64,000 nucleotides of DNA from Octopus vulgaris (Eukaryota), in contig OX597819.1 of assembly GCA_951406725.2 (NCBI GenBank), positions 131,316,001-131,380,000 of the forward strand. Reading direction: 5' to 3'. A program made the translations under genes and the position numbers. The notes beneath the pieces were generated by a model. It did not search any database. It was not told the DNA's origin and saw only the letters and a list, made by a program, of their open reading frames with translations. How positions within the stretch are numbered: position 1 is the first letter of the stretch; every line of letters starts with the position of its first letter. This document shows positions 1 through 13,807 of this stretch, piece by piece.

Positions 1-487
1 CGCTCAATAAACACTCACAACGCCCGGTCTGGGAATCGAAACCATGATCCTACGACCGCGAGTCCGCTGCCCTAACCACTGGGCCATTGCGCCTCCACCA
101 TTGTTAGAAGTAAAGAAAGTAGAAACGATCGATCGTATTTCAGTCTAATTGCCATTTTAAATGACTGCGGCTTTCCTTTCTCTGTCTCTATCGCTTCACT
201 CCTTTTTTCTCTACGGTTAAGAGAGTGAAAGTGTGGGTCTCAGTGGTTAGGAATATTCGGCCTATGATCATTAAGTCATGAGCACGATTCCCTTCGACAC
301 ACTGCGTTCTTGAGCAAGAGACTCTACTTCACCTTGCTGCAGTCCACTCAGCTGGCCAAAATGAGTTGTAGCTGAAATTGAAAGGGGCCAGCCTTGTCAC
401 AGTCTGTGTGAGGCTGAATCTCCTGGAGAACTACCTTATGGTGTGCATGTCTGTGGAGTACTCAGCCACTTGCACATTAATTTTATA

Positions 488-880
488 AGCAGGAGTGGCT
501 GTGTGGTAAGTAGCTTGCTAACCAACCACATGGTTCAGGGTTCAGTCCCACTGCGTGGCACCTTGGGCAAGTGTCTTCTACTATAGCCTCGGGCCGACCA
601 AAGCCTTGTGAGTGGATTTGGTAGACGGAAACTGAAAGAAGCCCATCGTATATATGTATATATATATATATGTGTGTATGTGTGTTTGTCCCCCTAGCAT
701 TGCTTGACAACCAATGCTGGCGTGTTTATGTCCCCGTCACTTAGCGGTTCAGCAAAAGAGACCGATAGAATAAGTACTGGGCTTACAAAGAATAAGTCCT
801 TGGATCTAGTTGCTCGACTAAAGGCGGTGCTCCAGCATGGCCACAGTCAAATGACTGAAACAAGTAAAAGAGTAAAAGAG
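488..880 (+). mobile_element. tRNA-headed SINE family A (full length), nested in an older family-C SINE
   Basis: A/B-box head gtggctgtgtggtaag...ggttcagtccc, internal microsatellite, (taaaagag)n tail; family-C halves at ~236-487 and 881-920. Confidence 0.9.
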
Positions 881-1799
881 ACTGTTCGTTGATCAGATAA
901 ACAGGAACCTCATTGTCGCCATTTTTTAAAAAGAGTGAAAGGAAAGGAAATGTTCCATATCGTCAGGCAAAAGTGTCACGTGTTCAGTAGAAGCATTGAA
1001 AGCTAAGATGGAAATAATTGCTATTCCATCGTGTATTCGCCCTCGACTCATGCTCAGCCTGTTAACAACAGCTTACGCATCAGTGTTTGTCTAGGGGCTA
1101 GGCCTCCAGATTTGTGGGACCCACAAGTGCTGCTGTTAGGACCGGATTAACACCCATAGTGACCCTAATGACTAAAAAGATTTTCCTGCCCCTATATAGG
1201 ATTTTTTTACATTTTCTTCCAACCACTTGAAGGTTTATCTTGCTCCAGTCCACTCAGCTGGGTAAAATGAGTTGTAGCTGTGTAATTCAAAGGGGCCAGC
1301 TTTGTCATATTCTGTGTGAGGCTGAATCTCCCTGAGAACTACATTAATGGTATGCATGTCTGTGGAGTACTCGGCCACTTGCGAGTTAATTTTATCCTCA
1401 TGTGGTAATGAAAAGTGAAAGTGACATCTAATATTTGCTGTATTTATTATCTGTCTTTCTCTTTCAAGTCCTGTGTCCCTCCTCTCTCCCACCTATAATT
1501 TAACAATGTATGTATCTATGTATCAACTTTTCGTTTGATCTATGTATCAAAACAAATGCCATCACCATTCACTGTCTCTCTCACATTTTCTCTGTCCTCT
1601 TCTCTCTCGCTTTGCCACTCACTTCTTTGAAGTGTGACACACACGACAGGTATGTACAAAAGAACATATTAATATTATTGATAAGGAGAATGGAGATCTT
1701 TCACATCCATAATTTTATTTAACAGTTATTTGCAGCATCTTTACAGGACCTACACGTGTTTCAACTGCAGTGACTGCACCCTGTTGGAGATGCAACCTA

Positions 1800-2110
1800 G
1801 CATTATGGTCGGTGACAAAGTAGGAAAGTGGCTCAAGCATAAAGCCAGAAGCATTATTGGAAAAGATAACACAAAGACCCTGCGAGAATCTATGATTCAG
1901 TGTTAGAATGCGATAGAGAATAGGAAAACAGATATGGTGATAATGAAGAACAAAATCAAACAGTGCTGAATCATAGATATAACATGCTTAGGTGACAACA
2001 AGGAAATGTGATAAAGAAGAAGGAAAAAGCTGATAAGATATGACAGGTGAGCTTGGGAGCTTAAGCAGGTGTGGTCGTTTGAAAAAGGTGGCAGCCAAAC
2101 CAGTAATTGT
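1800..2110 (+). mobile_element. Decayed Dong/R4 REL-endonuclease fragment
   Basis: EKDNTKTL..SMIQC...RKTDMVIMK..IIDITCLGDNK aligns by eye with the REL region of the 51.6-53.8 kb element. Confidence 0.55.
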
Positions 2111-2120
2111 CAGAGCCTTA

Positions 2121-2534
2121 CTCTCTCTCTCTTTTACTTGTTTCAGTCATTTGACTGCGGCCATGCTGGTGCACCGCCTATAATCGAGCAACTTGACCCC
2201 GGGACTTATTCTTTTGTAAGCCCAGTACTTATTCTATCGGTCTCTTTTGCCGAACCGCTAAGTGACGGGGACATAAACACACACCGGCATCGGTTGTCAA
2301 GCAATGCTAGGGGGACAAACACAGACACACATACACATACGCACACATATATATATATATATACATATATACGACGGGCTTCTTTCAGTTTCCGTCTACC
2401 AAATCCACTCACAAGGCATTGGTCGGCCCGGGGCTATAGTAGAAGACACTTGCCCAAGGTGCCACGCAGTGGTACTGAACCCAGAACCATGTGGTTGGTT
2501 AGCAAGCTACTTACCACACAGCCACTCCTGCGCC
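2121..2534 (-). mobile_element. SINE family A
   Basis: Near-identical to 488-880. Confidence 0.9.
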
Positions 2535-3339
2535 TTACGAACAATAACTAAAGATCTTGATAAGTCCACTGAACAAATGCAGGGTTTTTGGGCTAAATTT
2601 GATGATGTTTTAGATTTCCTTCTTTCAGGAACAGCTTGATGAATTGGTTAACTGTCAACAGCGTTGGAGAGCATAAAGATTGAAGTTGTAGTTGAGAAAA
2701 AGTTAGCTGACAAGGAGGACTGAAAACCACCTGAATATTACAAACTAGCTGAAAAGCCGACCATCTTTCAACTTGATGGACAAGTTTTCTCTAGGATGTC
2801 ATTCTGACATTGGCCCCATCATCAATATATTGGCATGCCGGGCAAAATACTTAGCGGTATTTATCTGTCTTTATGTTCCGAGTTCAAATTCCACCGAGGT
2901 TGACTTTGCCGCTCGTCCTTTCGGGGTTAATAAGTTATGTACTGGGGTTGATCTAACCGACTAGCCCCCTCTCCCCCAAAATTTTGGGCCTTGTGCCTAG
3001 AGTAGAAAAGAATACATTGGCTTAGGCTGTGTGTGTACACACACAGAGTATTAGAGATGCATTACAGCCAATCTTACAAACTGATATCACACAGCATATT
3101 AGATAACCAGACTAATATCTAAGATCCTGCTCACCAGAGTAACCAGTGTGGCAAAAACAGGGACTGCTGGTCACTCGGACAAGTACAGTCTTGGAGAACT
3201 AGCCAATTATCTAATATCCTATGCTAAACTAACAGATAAGATCTGCTGTGATGGATCTGTATATAATACTGTATACTTTGATAAATACACCCACTCTGTA
3301 AGGTGGTGAGATGGCAGAATTGTTAGCACGCCAGGTGAA

Positions 3340-4320
3340 ATCATCATCATCATCATTGTTTAACGTCCGCTTTCCATGCTCTCATGGGTTGGACGGTTTG
3401 ACTAGGGACTGGCAAGCCAGGAGGCCACAACAGGCTCCAATCTGACCTGGCAATGTTTCTACAGCTGGATGCCCTTCCTAATGCCAACCACTCCGAGAGT
3501 GTAGTGGGTGCTTTTTATTTCCACCAGCACAGGGAGCCAGTCAGGCGGCACTGGCATCAGCCACAACTACAATTTCCATTTGATTGTGATTTGATTTACT
3601 CAACTCAATTGGTCTCCTCAAGCACGGCATGTCGCCTGATGATTCAAAGGTACTTTTTAAGTGGGTCGGTTATTTGACACTGGTGTAGGCTCTGGCTGTG
3701 ATCTCACTTTACTTGCCAGGTCTTCTCAATTGCATCATATCTCCAGAGGTCTCAGCCTTTCGTCATTGCCTCTGTGAGGCCCAACATTCGAAGGTCATGC
3801 CTCACCACCTCATCCCACGTCTTCCTGGGTCAACCTCTAGCCCGGATACCTTCCACTGTTAGCGAATGACACTTCTTCACACAGCTCTCCTCACCCATAC
3901 GCAGCATATGACCACACCAGCGCAGTCATCTCCCTTGTACACCACATCTGATGCTTCTTATGTTCAACGTTTCTCTAAGTGTACTTTGTCATGTGTACAC
4001 ACTGACATCACACATCCAGTAGATCATGCTAGCTTCATTTCTTTCGAGCTTACACGTCTTCAGCTGTCACGGCCCATATTTCACTGCCGTGTAGCATGGC
4101 AGTTCATACACTCTACCTTTCACTCTGAGCGAGAGGCCCTTTGTCACCATTAGGGGTAGAAGCTTTCTGAACTTTACCTAGGCTATTCTTATTTCAGTGG
4201 CAACACTCTCCGAGCACCCACCCCCACTGCAGACTTGGTCCCCTAGGTAGCAGAAGCTATCAACTACTTCTAGTTTCTCCCTCTGGCATGTGATGGAATC
4301 AGTTTTCTGAATATCTGCAG
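3340..4320 (-). mobile_element. Decayed RTE LINE fragment nested inside a family-B SINE
   Basis: EVVDSFCYLG motif; same 3' UTR and tail as 55523-56690; SINE halves at ~3300-3340 and ~4320-4500. Confidence 0.8.
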
Positions 4321-4707
4321 TATTTTCGTCTGTCTTTACGTTCTGAGTTCAAATTCCACCGAAGTTGACTTTGCTTTCATCCTTTCAGTGTTGGTTAAAT
4401 AAGTACCAGTTACACACTGGGGTCAATGTAATCGACTTATTCCCTTTGTCTGTCCTTGTTTGTCCCTTCTGTTTTTAGCCCCTTGTGGGCAATAAAGAAA
4501 TATACCCACTCTCTTGACAGGTAAGTACCTATTTTTCTCTGACAAACTAAAATTATATATCTTTTATCTTTTACATCTTTCAGTCCACCTTCAGATTTCA
4601 CCCTGTGTTCTCCAGTTGCAGTATTATATGTACTTTCAGGTTTGTGTTTGGGCATCTGTCATGTGTGAAAAAGTAACTGGAAAAACTGGAGTCAACAAGA
4701 AGGGGTA

Positions 4708-5065
4708 CAGTTGGACATTTATTTTGTAATCACTACAATTGTTTCCATGCAATGTAGTTCTCCAGGCATGCAGATACTTGATTATTTAACTGTTTCCCTG
4801 CATTATAAGATCTGGTTGTCTTTCCTCAGGCGATATGTAAATATTGTCTCCATAAGTCTATAATCTTCCGCTTCAAGATCATCCCCTCTGTCTGTCTTGA
4901 AGCCAAGGATTTTAAACTTACGGAAACAATATTTACAAACTGCTAGAAGGAATGCAACCAGATCTCATAATGCAGGGAAACAGTTGCATGATCAAATACC
5001 TGCATGCCTGGAGAACTACATTGCATGGAAACAATTGTAGTGATTACAAAATAAATGTCCAACCG
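4708..5065. mobile_element. Tc1/mariner-type MITE
   Basis: ~110-bp terminal inverted repeats (cagttggacatttattttgtaatc... / ...gattacaaaataaatgtccaaccg) flanked by TA. Confidence 0.85.
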
Positions 5066-6420
5066 TACTCCTTGTTCACTCCAATTTTTTCAATTATATA
5101 TATATATATATATTTTTTATTATTATTATTTTATTTATTTATTTTTTTTAAAAATTATATAACTATCAAAAAGTATTAAAAGTAATAAAAAATATATATA
5201 TATATATTTAAAATTTATAAGTTTAAATTATTTAAATAATTTTTTAAATTTTAACTTTAATTTAAATATTTTAATTTGGAATTTTATATTTTTTATATTT
5301 TATATTGTATATTTTTTTAATTTTATTTCTATGTATTGGCTTATGATTTTCACTGTTTGATTTGCCTAATAGTAGTTTTATCTCTAATTTAATATAATAT
5401 ATATTTATACTATAAAATTAGATTTAATCCTAAATCTAATTTTTCCCTGTAAGTTTGGATTTACTCCCTAATATTATTATTATTATTAATTTATATATAT
5501 ATATATATAATAGGCTTCTTTCAGTTTCCATCTACCGAATTCACTCACAAGTCTTTGGTTGGCCCAAGGCTATAGTAGAAGACACTTTCCCAAGGTACCA
5601 CACAGTGGGACTGAACTCAAAACCATGTAGTTAGGAAACAAGTTTGCTTCTTACCACACAGCCACCCCTAATATACAACCATCACGCAACTACCCAGGGT
5701 TAGTCAACCTACACAAATTATTTCAGCACCATTACCATTATTAGCCTCAAACATTGTGTCTGGATGGCCACCACCAACGATAAGGGTAGAGGACCAGCAA
5801 CTGTTGGGCTCTGACCAAGTCCTTAACCACGTCCATGGTGGCTTTCATCAGAATCAAAGAATAGAGTGTGGCCATGAACCGACTGTAACATATCCAGACT
5901 CAACACAGCACCGCATGCAATCCATTACCGTATTTCAGGGTACAATGTGGTTCTTAACAAGAGGGAGACAAGGGGAAATAGATCTGCGAAAAGGTGGCAT
6001 GCCTTCTCGTTTGGCTGGGCATTGCTAGACCTGGGTTGCTTTGGTTATATCAGCATTGCATAACAACTTTATCAGCGAAGGTAAACAAAAACCCCACACC
6101 CGAGGATTAGGGTTAAGGTCAATGTTTTTATTTTGCCGAAAACAGGTGGTGTGTGTATTCTTTACCTTCGCCATCACGAGTTCGGTTCAAGTTGGTAAAC
6201 TGACTATTATGTTATTAGTATGGCTCAGATAAAATCAGTCACTACAAAACTACAAACCCTTATCCAAAATCCAAGCCTTCTTTGTTCGACATTAACTTTT
6301 GTTTACTTATGATAAAATAAACAAACACTTGTAAAGAATGAAGATAAAACACAGAAGCAAAACGGTCCATCTTAGATATATATCAATATGTATTCTTGGT
6401 GCAAAATTTGCGGCTGAAAT

Positions 6421-6890
6421 GGCAGAGATGTAAACGGAACCTTTTACACCGCTTAAATTTTTTTTTTTTTTTTATGGAATCCCATGTTTTAGGGTTAGGG
6501 TTGGGGTTGGAGTTTTAGAATTAGGGTTATGGAAAAAAGTGAAAAATGAAGAAATTGGTGGGGCAGAGTAGGGGGATTTCAAAATTCCGATTTTTGGCAA
6601 TTTTCTGGAATCTCTGTATCCGAAAACGTGAGGTTTCTTTTTTTTGGGGGGGGGGGAATCTAAAAAAAGATAAGTATTATTAAATGGGCTGGGGGGAGGA
6701 AGTCTTTCCCATATTTCTTTTATTATAGGCGTAGGAGTGGTTGTGTGGTAAGTAGCTTGCTTACAAACCACATGGTTCCTGGTTCAGTCCCACTGCGTGG
6801 CACCTTGGGCAAGTGTCTTCTACTATAGCCTCGGACCGACCAATGCCTTGTGAGTGGATTTGGTAGACGGAAACTGAAAGAAGCCCGTCG

Positions 6891-6923
<33 letters not shown>

Positions 6924-7495
6924 CTTTGTCCCCCCAACATCGCTTGACAACCGATGCTGGTGTGTTTACGTCCGCGTAACATAGCGGTTCGGCAAAAGAG
7001 ACCGATAGAATAAGTACTAGGCTTACAAAGAATAAGTCCTGGGGTCGATATGCTCGGCTAAATGCAGTGCTCCAGCATGGCCACAATCAAATGACTGAAA
7101 CAAGTAAAAGAGTAAAAGAGAGGAAAAAGTATATCATCGCAGTTTTGTAAGATTTGGCTGTTATTTCTAGCATGTGAATAGCCTGCTTGAAAGACAAGGC
7201 TGTAGAACTGGGAAAGAAGGGGATTGGTGGGGGGGGGGGAGAAATTGAAATTTTACAATTTTATTTCAGAATCATAATCTCCATACTTTTTGTACGTATT
7301 TCGCAAAAAAAAAGTTTCCGGAAAAATTGGAAAAAAAAAAAAATGAAGAAATGAGAGGGGGGGGGGTAAATTTGAAGTTACCATTATTGAAATTTTTTTT
7401 CAGAATCGGAATCTCCATAGCCTAAAACATGGGATTCCGTAAAACAAACAAAAAAAAAACATTTATGGGGGAGGGGTTCCGTTTACATCTCTGCC
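6421..7495. mobile_element. Non-autonomous TIR DNA transposon carrying a SINE insertion
   Basis: Perfect 21-bp TIR GGCAGAGATGTAAACGGAACC plus subterminal inverted repeats; AT on both flanks. Confidence 0.8.
6726..7121 (+). mobile_element. SINE family A
   Basis: Near-identical to 488-880. Confidence 0.9.
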
Positions 7496-8151
7496 ATGTG
7501 AACCAAATTCTCAAGGGCCTTTTTTCATTCAACTACTTTATTGTTAAATGAGTCGTTCAAAATTTGGCGCAAGGCCGAAGTCTATCGGATTTCATTCTTC
7601 GCCCAAACCACTCTCATGTTTGTAACTGAAGGTTCGTCAATGAAATATAAACAAGTGATGACTAAATTAGAAAGTTTATCTGCATAATGGTACAAGTTTG
7701 ACAGTCGGGTGTGTGTGTGTGTGTGTTGCTACAGTTTTATAACTTTATTAAAAAAATATATATTTTCTTAATATTCGATTCCAGCCAAAACCAATTCAAT
7801 GCGTTTTAAACTCGAAGAGAAAGGAAAATGTGTAAATAAAATGTATTGAAATAGCGTAAAGCTTTCCCGGTTCTGCTAAGATACCCGTCCATAATTTTAT
7901 ATTAGAATTGAGACAAAACCACAGACATGTGCAAGGAATTAACGACGAAGTCGACTCTGATAGGAATTGAACCCGCTTCGTAAAGCGACGCCATTATATA
8001 CCGTAAAAAGTGTTCCAAGACTTTCTAAATATTTTCAGCCATTTATAGCAAATAATTTTAATTCGAATTCTCACTTTGGTAAATTTTGGAAAGTTAGAAA
8101 TTTTGTGGAAGAGACGGAGTCGGTGGAGTAAATATTTTAGAGGATACTTAC

Positions 8152-8218
8152 AAAAGGCTTCGGTGGATCCCACGAGATATAATACAAAGAAAAAGGATTT
8201 CAATATCGCTGAAGACAT
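8152..8218 (-). CDS. First coding exon (signal peptide) of an unidentified secreted or membrane protein gene; further exons not found in the window
   Basis: accATG start; MSSAILKSFFFVLYLVGSTEAF plus 1 nt, then consensus donor |gtaagt (phase 1); non-repetitive, CpG-containing flank. Confidence 0.6.
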
Positions 8219-8629
8219 GGTCGAAATAAATTGGTGTTTCTAAAATATTTGCCTGCTGCCGTTTTCGGTCGAGTATTTACCTAATTCGCCTGTCGGCCGA
8301 GTTCTGTCAGTTGTCAAAGAAACAATTATCAGCCAAATCCACTTCAAGTCACATGTGAGAATTGTTCAACTTTATCGAAACAGAGAAACATACACACACA
8401 TCCTCTCTCTCTCTCTCCTTCACACATCCTCTCTCTCTCTCTCTCCTTCACACACATCCTCTCTCTCTCTCCTTCACATACACACACTCTCTCTCTCCTT
8501 CACACACACACATACTCTCTCTCTCTCACCTTCTCTCTCTTCTTCTCACTTTCTTTTTCACTTACATCTGTTAAAATACATATTCATGTGTATGGTTTCA
8601 GAGTTTGAAGTTGATAACTCCGCCCTACA

Positions 8630-8733
8630 CACAGACAGACAGTCAAATAGACAAGACAGACAGACAGGCAGACATACATACAGACAGACAGACAGGCAGA
8701 CATACAGACAGACAGACAGGCAGACAGACAGAC

Positions 8734-8832
<99 letters not shown>

Positions 8833-8837
8833 CAGAC

Positions 8838-8910
<73 letters not shown>
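8630..8910. repeat. (GACA)n/(GATA)n microsatellite
   Basis: Direct inspection. Confidence 0.95.
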
Positions 8911-9273
8911 TGTTTCTTTATTAGCCACACAGGGCTGCACATAGACGGGACAGGTTGGGGGAGAAAAAACAAAGTGGGTTAGGTTTTCGATCAAAAGGGG
9001 TCGTAAAAGGGAAAGACAAAAAAAAAAACAATCAATAGGGATCGTGTATCACAGAAATGTCACGATGTAAAGTGTAAAGGGGGAAGCAGATAAGGTTTAT
9101 CCGTGGAAAGAAAAGCCAACAAAAAAGACCACGGTAACTTCGGTCAATAATGTTATATGTTACCACATTTGTTTGCAAGTAGGTAACCCTCTGTTTTAAA
9201 TTTTTCCGGGTTCATGGGATTATGCTCAAGGTGGCATCCTTGCTACATTCACCCATCTTCTTTTGAAACATAA

Positions 9274-9346
<73 letters not shown>

Positions 9347-10589
9347 CAGATGCGCGAGTGTGTGTGCCTTCTTTTACCTGTTTCAGTCATTGAACTGTGG
9401 CCACGCTGGGGCACCACCTCGAAGGATTTTTAGTCGAACAAATCGACCCCAGGATTTTTTTGTATCGGTCTGTTTTGCCGAGCCGCTAGGTTGTACATTT
9501 TTATTTTTTAATCAACAGATAGTTACAAACAAGTTTGGTAAGCACCATGCACAAAACTCTCAGCCGAGTCATTTTCTTTTTTCTTTTTTTTTTTTGTAAC
9601 TTTCAGCAATTAAGAAATAATACCTAAGTGTATTGTCGAGATGGTGTGGAGTAATCTCTCCCATCCAGGAAATAGTATACATCTACAAGAGCTCAACCCC
9701 CCACTCGACCTGCTGTAATTAGAAACCTGGTTTCGGGCAATTAGCGAACGACAAACTAATCTTTAGCGGGAAGACCAAACTGAAAGTTTGGTAACCCGCC
9801 AAAATAAAAATTAAAAAGAAGATGAACAGCTTTGCAAGTTTAACTCAGTGTTTATTGAACAAGAGAGGTGCGAAATTTAAGAAGCGACTTGTTAGAATAT
9901 ACGCGTCTGTGAGGAGACATAGACAAGAATAGCAAAAATCTACTAAACCAAAAGAACTGGTAATCCATGCAAGTGTTCTATGAAGAGAACATAAGATTGC
10001 TGCATAATTCAACATGGTAAATAAAGGTTTCTGTGGGAACGCTAAAAGTCATATTTACTTAGTGAGGATAAATTATGACGTGTCGTTGTCGATGTTAGAT
10101 GCAGTAAGAGCTGGTCGCGGTGATAAATTTCATTGTATCGAGAAAGCGAGCAAATCGCTTCCTGGTGCAAGATAGACTGAGTGGAGAAAATCTGATCTAT
10201 TTAGGCTCCACAGAGATGTGAAAGGTTTTTCTACCAAGAGAACACGTGATCCATTTGAACGCATCTGATTAGTTGACCAGATAATTTGGTGTAATTGTTT
10301 AGGGAACAAATTGCCCCTAAAAACTAACCAATCAGAGCAAATGGTTAAAACATGATCTTTATAGCTAAGTGTTCTCTGCTACGTCCACACAACAACTATA
10401 AATGTAAAGGAGAGAGAATACTTTGTCATTTATGTTTTTGTCAATCCATTCTGCTACAAATCTCTCGGCCAACAGAGAGATCTTTAACAGGGCTGCCCCC
10501 ACTACAACGAAGCTTTGGCTGGGAGCGGGTTTACTGAGAAGCTCACGTATGTTGACAACCCCCAAACACCCTCTTCTCACTCTAAAAGG

Positions 10590-12110
10590 ATTAGGAAGAG
10601 GAAAATATAGTATAACCTCCCTTTCAACCTAGAAGTTTCCACCAACGTAGCTAGGGGTTTCCTGTTGTTAATTAGGAAGCACTTCCCCAGAGGCCACAAG
10701 TATTACAAACTCTTCAATTCCCATAATGTCAAGGTGAGCTACTCCTGTTTAGACATCATCGCATCTTACATCGCACGCATCGACAGATATAAAAATGCAC
10801 CCGCACCGCCCCCAACTCCAACCTGCAACTTCCGAAATCCCACCATGTGCCCTCTAGAAGGACCTTTCCTCTCAAGGACCGTAGTATACAGAGCTAGTCT
10901 TACACCATCCGATAGCATTAGTAGGCACTATACGGGTATGACAGTTAATAACTTCAAGGGAAGATACTCCCAGCACATGCACTCGTTCAGATCCTGGAAC
11001 AGAGAGAACTCTACTTCCCTGTCTCGTTTTCTCTGGAGACTCCGTGACCTCTGAGGCAAAACACCCAGCATCAAGTGGACTACTGTTGACAGTGCGCCAC
11101 CATATTCACCCGGCGCCCCCAATTACCAGCTCTGTCTCCGCGAAAAACTCCATATCCTCCAAAAACATGCAGTATCCATTAACAAGAGATACGATTTATC
11201 TTATTGCTGTCACCAGAGGTATGCCCTTCTGGTAAATTTCAACCCCCTGACCTCTGAGAGCCCGGATGTATCACCTTAGCACCGGCTGCTACCCTGCACC
11301 GCTTGCACCAAGGTCACCACCACCAACCAACGCCATGAGCAGGACCGCCATTTACCAATCCCCAATGCTTGTTATGCGCATGTCTACTCATGCATGAACG
11401 TGCGCGCGAGTACGCATATGCACGTGTACACTAATATGCATGCGTACATGTATGCATATGTACATATAAAGGAATACCCTTGTATGTGTATGTGTGTACG
11501 CACGCGCATGTTCGTTCATGTGTGTGTGTGTCTATGGGTAGGTGGGTGTTTGGTTGGGTATGCGCCCATGTAGAAATGCACACGCTCGCATCAATATAGA
11601 CATGCACGCAAAACCGTGTGAGTACGTCCACACACTCACATACACAACTATACACTTGCACATACCGCACCTTCCTACTTTCCCTCCGACAATGCGACCG
11701 CGGTCGATTTCCTGCTCCCCATGCAGTATTTTCCGAGTAACTGTTGTCGCTGATACACCAACATAAAACTACGACACCGCGTGACCTTCCTCGACCAATC
11801 GCAGCCCACCTTACGGCATTAGTAATCAACTTCTCTCATTCTAATTCAAAATGGCTGAAGATTAGCATCACGCTTGAAACTCTGAGTAACAATATTTGAA
11901 TCTAGCTGTTTTGATCCATGTATATATATATGTGCATATATATTACTATATTTTTAAACGTCGGACTTTATATCTGTTCTGTAGATATGAATATATGTAT
12001 GTGTTTGATCTTTCTGTGGATTTTGTAATATTCCTTTAGTTGCTGCTCACATTGCCTCCCCTCGGATTAATATGTGTATACAGTTCATTTGAGCACTACC
12101 ATTCCAGTCT
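10590..12110 (+). mobile_element. Penelope-like element 3' part (GIY-YIG endonuclease), decayed, with downstream hammerhead-like motif
   Basis: KHFP..HKYYKLFN..NVKVSYSC, CPLEG, VVYRA, YTGMT, FKGRYSQH..SFR, STSLSRFLW; CTGAAGA..GAAACTCTGAGTA at 11855-11888. Confidence 0.85.
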
Positions 12111-12161
12111 GTTATCTTTTGAGTGTTGTTGTTACTAGCGATCTCAAGATATTACTTTGCA

Positions 12162-12199
<38 letters not shown>

Positions 12200-12216
<17 letters not shown>

Positions 12217-13030
12217 GGCAGTTTGTCTGTCTGTGTGTCTGTCAGGTTGTACCCTCACCCTGACCACGGCTTTCAACCGATTCTGATGAAACTTGACACA
12301 CACATAGCCCAATGTCATAATTCAAAACTAACGCAGCGAAAATTTTGAAAAGTTCCCCCAGTTCTGAAGAAAATTGATAAATTCGACATGGGGTCGAGAA
12401 TCTAAGCTTCTTATATGTAACACATTTTCTGTTGTAGTTTTCGCAACTTGCAATCGATTTTCACCAAACTCATAGTGAAGCTTAATGTTACCCTAAGAAA
12501 CTTAATTCTGACATTAGTTTTCCATGCAATACCTTACCATCAGAAAAAATCGATAAAATCATGCCATTTTGGGAAATCGCCTTCAAATTCAAGATGACAT
12601 ATTTTCGACAATATATTTCACAAATTGGCAGGAATTTTTTATTTTAATTCACAGCGAGCATCATGTCTGGTCCAAGGAGCTATATGGCCCTTTTTATTCC
12701 AATAGGATACTTTATTACTGGAAAAAATCGGTTAATTAAATCATATGTGGCACACATAGCAAACCGATTTGTGTATTAAACACAAACCACAGACTGTCTA
12801 GGGGACGCAACTCGACCTTTTTAACTCTCTTATGAGGCGCAATGATGTTTTCATGTTTTCGCCCAAAGGGACAGCGAGGAACATCGTATACACAGAAGTA
12901 TTCGAGTGAAGAGAAGACATTGCAACCTACACATGCGCCTCGTTCCCTAGGGGGAAAGGACTAGATTGGGATTAGTCGTTGCCTACTAGGGGCTCTTACA
13001 TACCCGGGCAACGCCGGGCTATGCTGCTAG
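12200..13030 (+). mobile_element. Non-autonomous Helitron; shorter relative at 14282-14653
   Basis: Shared tatataaacggcagtttgtctg... 5' part; cccgggcaacgccggg...gctag 3' end. Confidence 0.7.
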
Positions 13031-13125
13031 TATATATATATATATATCTTATAATTAAGGGCTAAAGAAGGTTATTCTAAAGCCAATACACTGATTTATC
13101 CACTTATAATCCACTTGTTACAGGA

Positions 13126-13157
<32 letters not shown>

Positions 13158-13217
13158 ATCAGAGCGACTCCAGGTCATCAGTGTCACTCGAGCTCACCAC
13201 AAATTTCACATAAGAAC

Positions 13218-13256
<39 letters not shown>

Positions 13257-13369
13257 TATAATCCAGCGTTTGCAATACTTTTCGTCTGGCGTTAACAGCC
13301 TCTATCTTGTTCTCCTTGTCTGCTTCACTGTATATATTTATTTTTCCACTGTTTATATATATATTTTTT

Positions 13370-13765
13370 ACTGCCGGTGGCACACAAGAAAATCATCCGA
13401 ACGTGGCCGTAGCCAGTACCGCATAGACTGGCCTCCGTGCTTTGGGGACGTAACAAACACCATCCGATCGTGGCCGTCCGCCAGCCTCATCTGGCACCTG
13501 TGTCGGTGGCACATAAAAACACCATCCGAGCGTGGGCCGTCTGCCAGCCTCGTCTGGCACCTTCTGTCGGTGGCACATAAAATCACCCACTACACTCTCG
13601 AGTGGTTGGCGTTAGGAAGGGCATCCAGCTGTAGAAACACTGCGACAGATCTGACTGGCCTGGTATCTCCTTTTTTGCTTGTCTTGTTCCTTGGTTTGCT
13701 CCCCAGACCCCAGTTGAACCGTCCAACTCATGCTAGCATGGAAAACGGACGCTAAATGATGATGA

Positions 13766-13768
<3 letters not shown>
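13370..13768 (+). mobile_element. RTE LINE 3' UTR fragment
   Basis: ggttggcgttaggaagggcatccagctgtagaaac...catgctagcatggaaaacggacg(atg)n matches the other RTE copies. Confidence 0.8.

Positions 13769-13807
<39 letters not shown>

Noticed and set aside
6160-6260. Possible second exon of the - strand gene (donor-like site at ~6165)
   Set aside because: Stops occur in the frames tested from the candidate acceptors.
6489-6530. TTAGGG-like hexamers
   Set aside because: Only 2-3 units inside a MITE; not telomeric.
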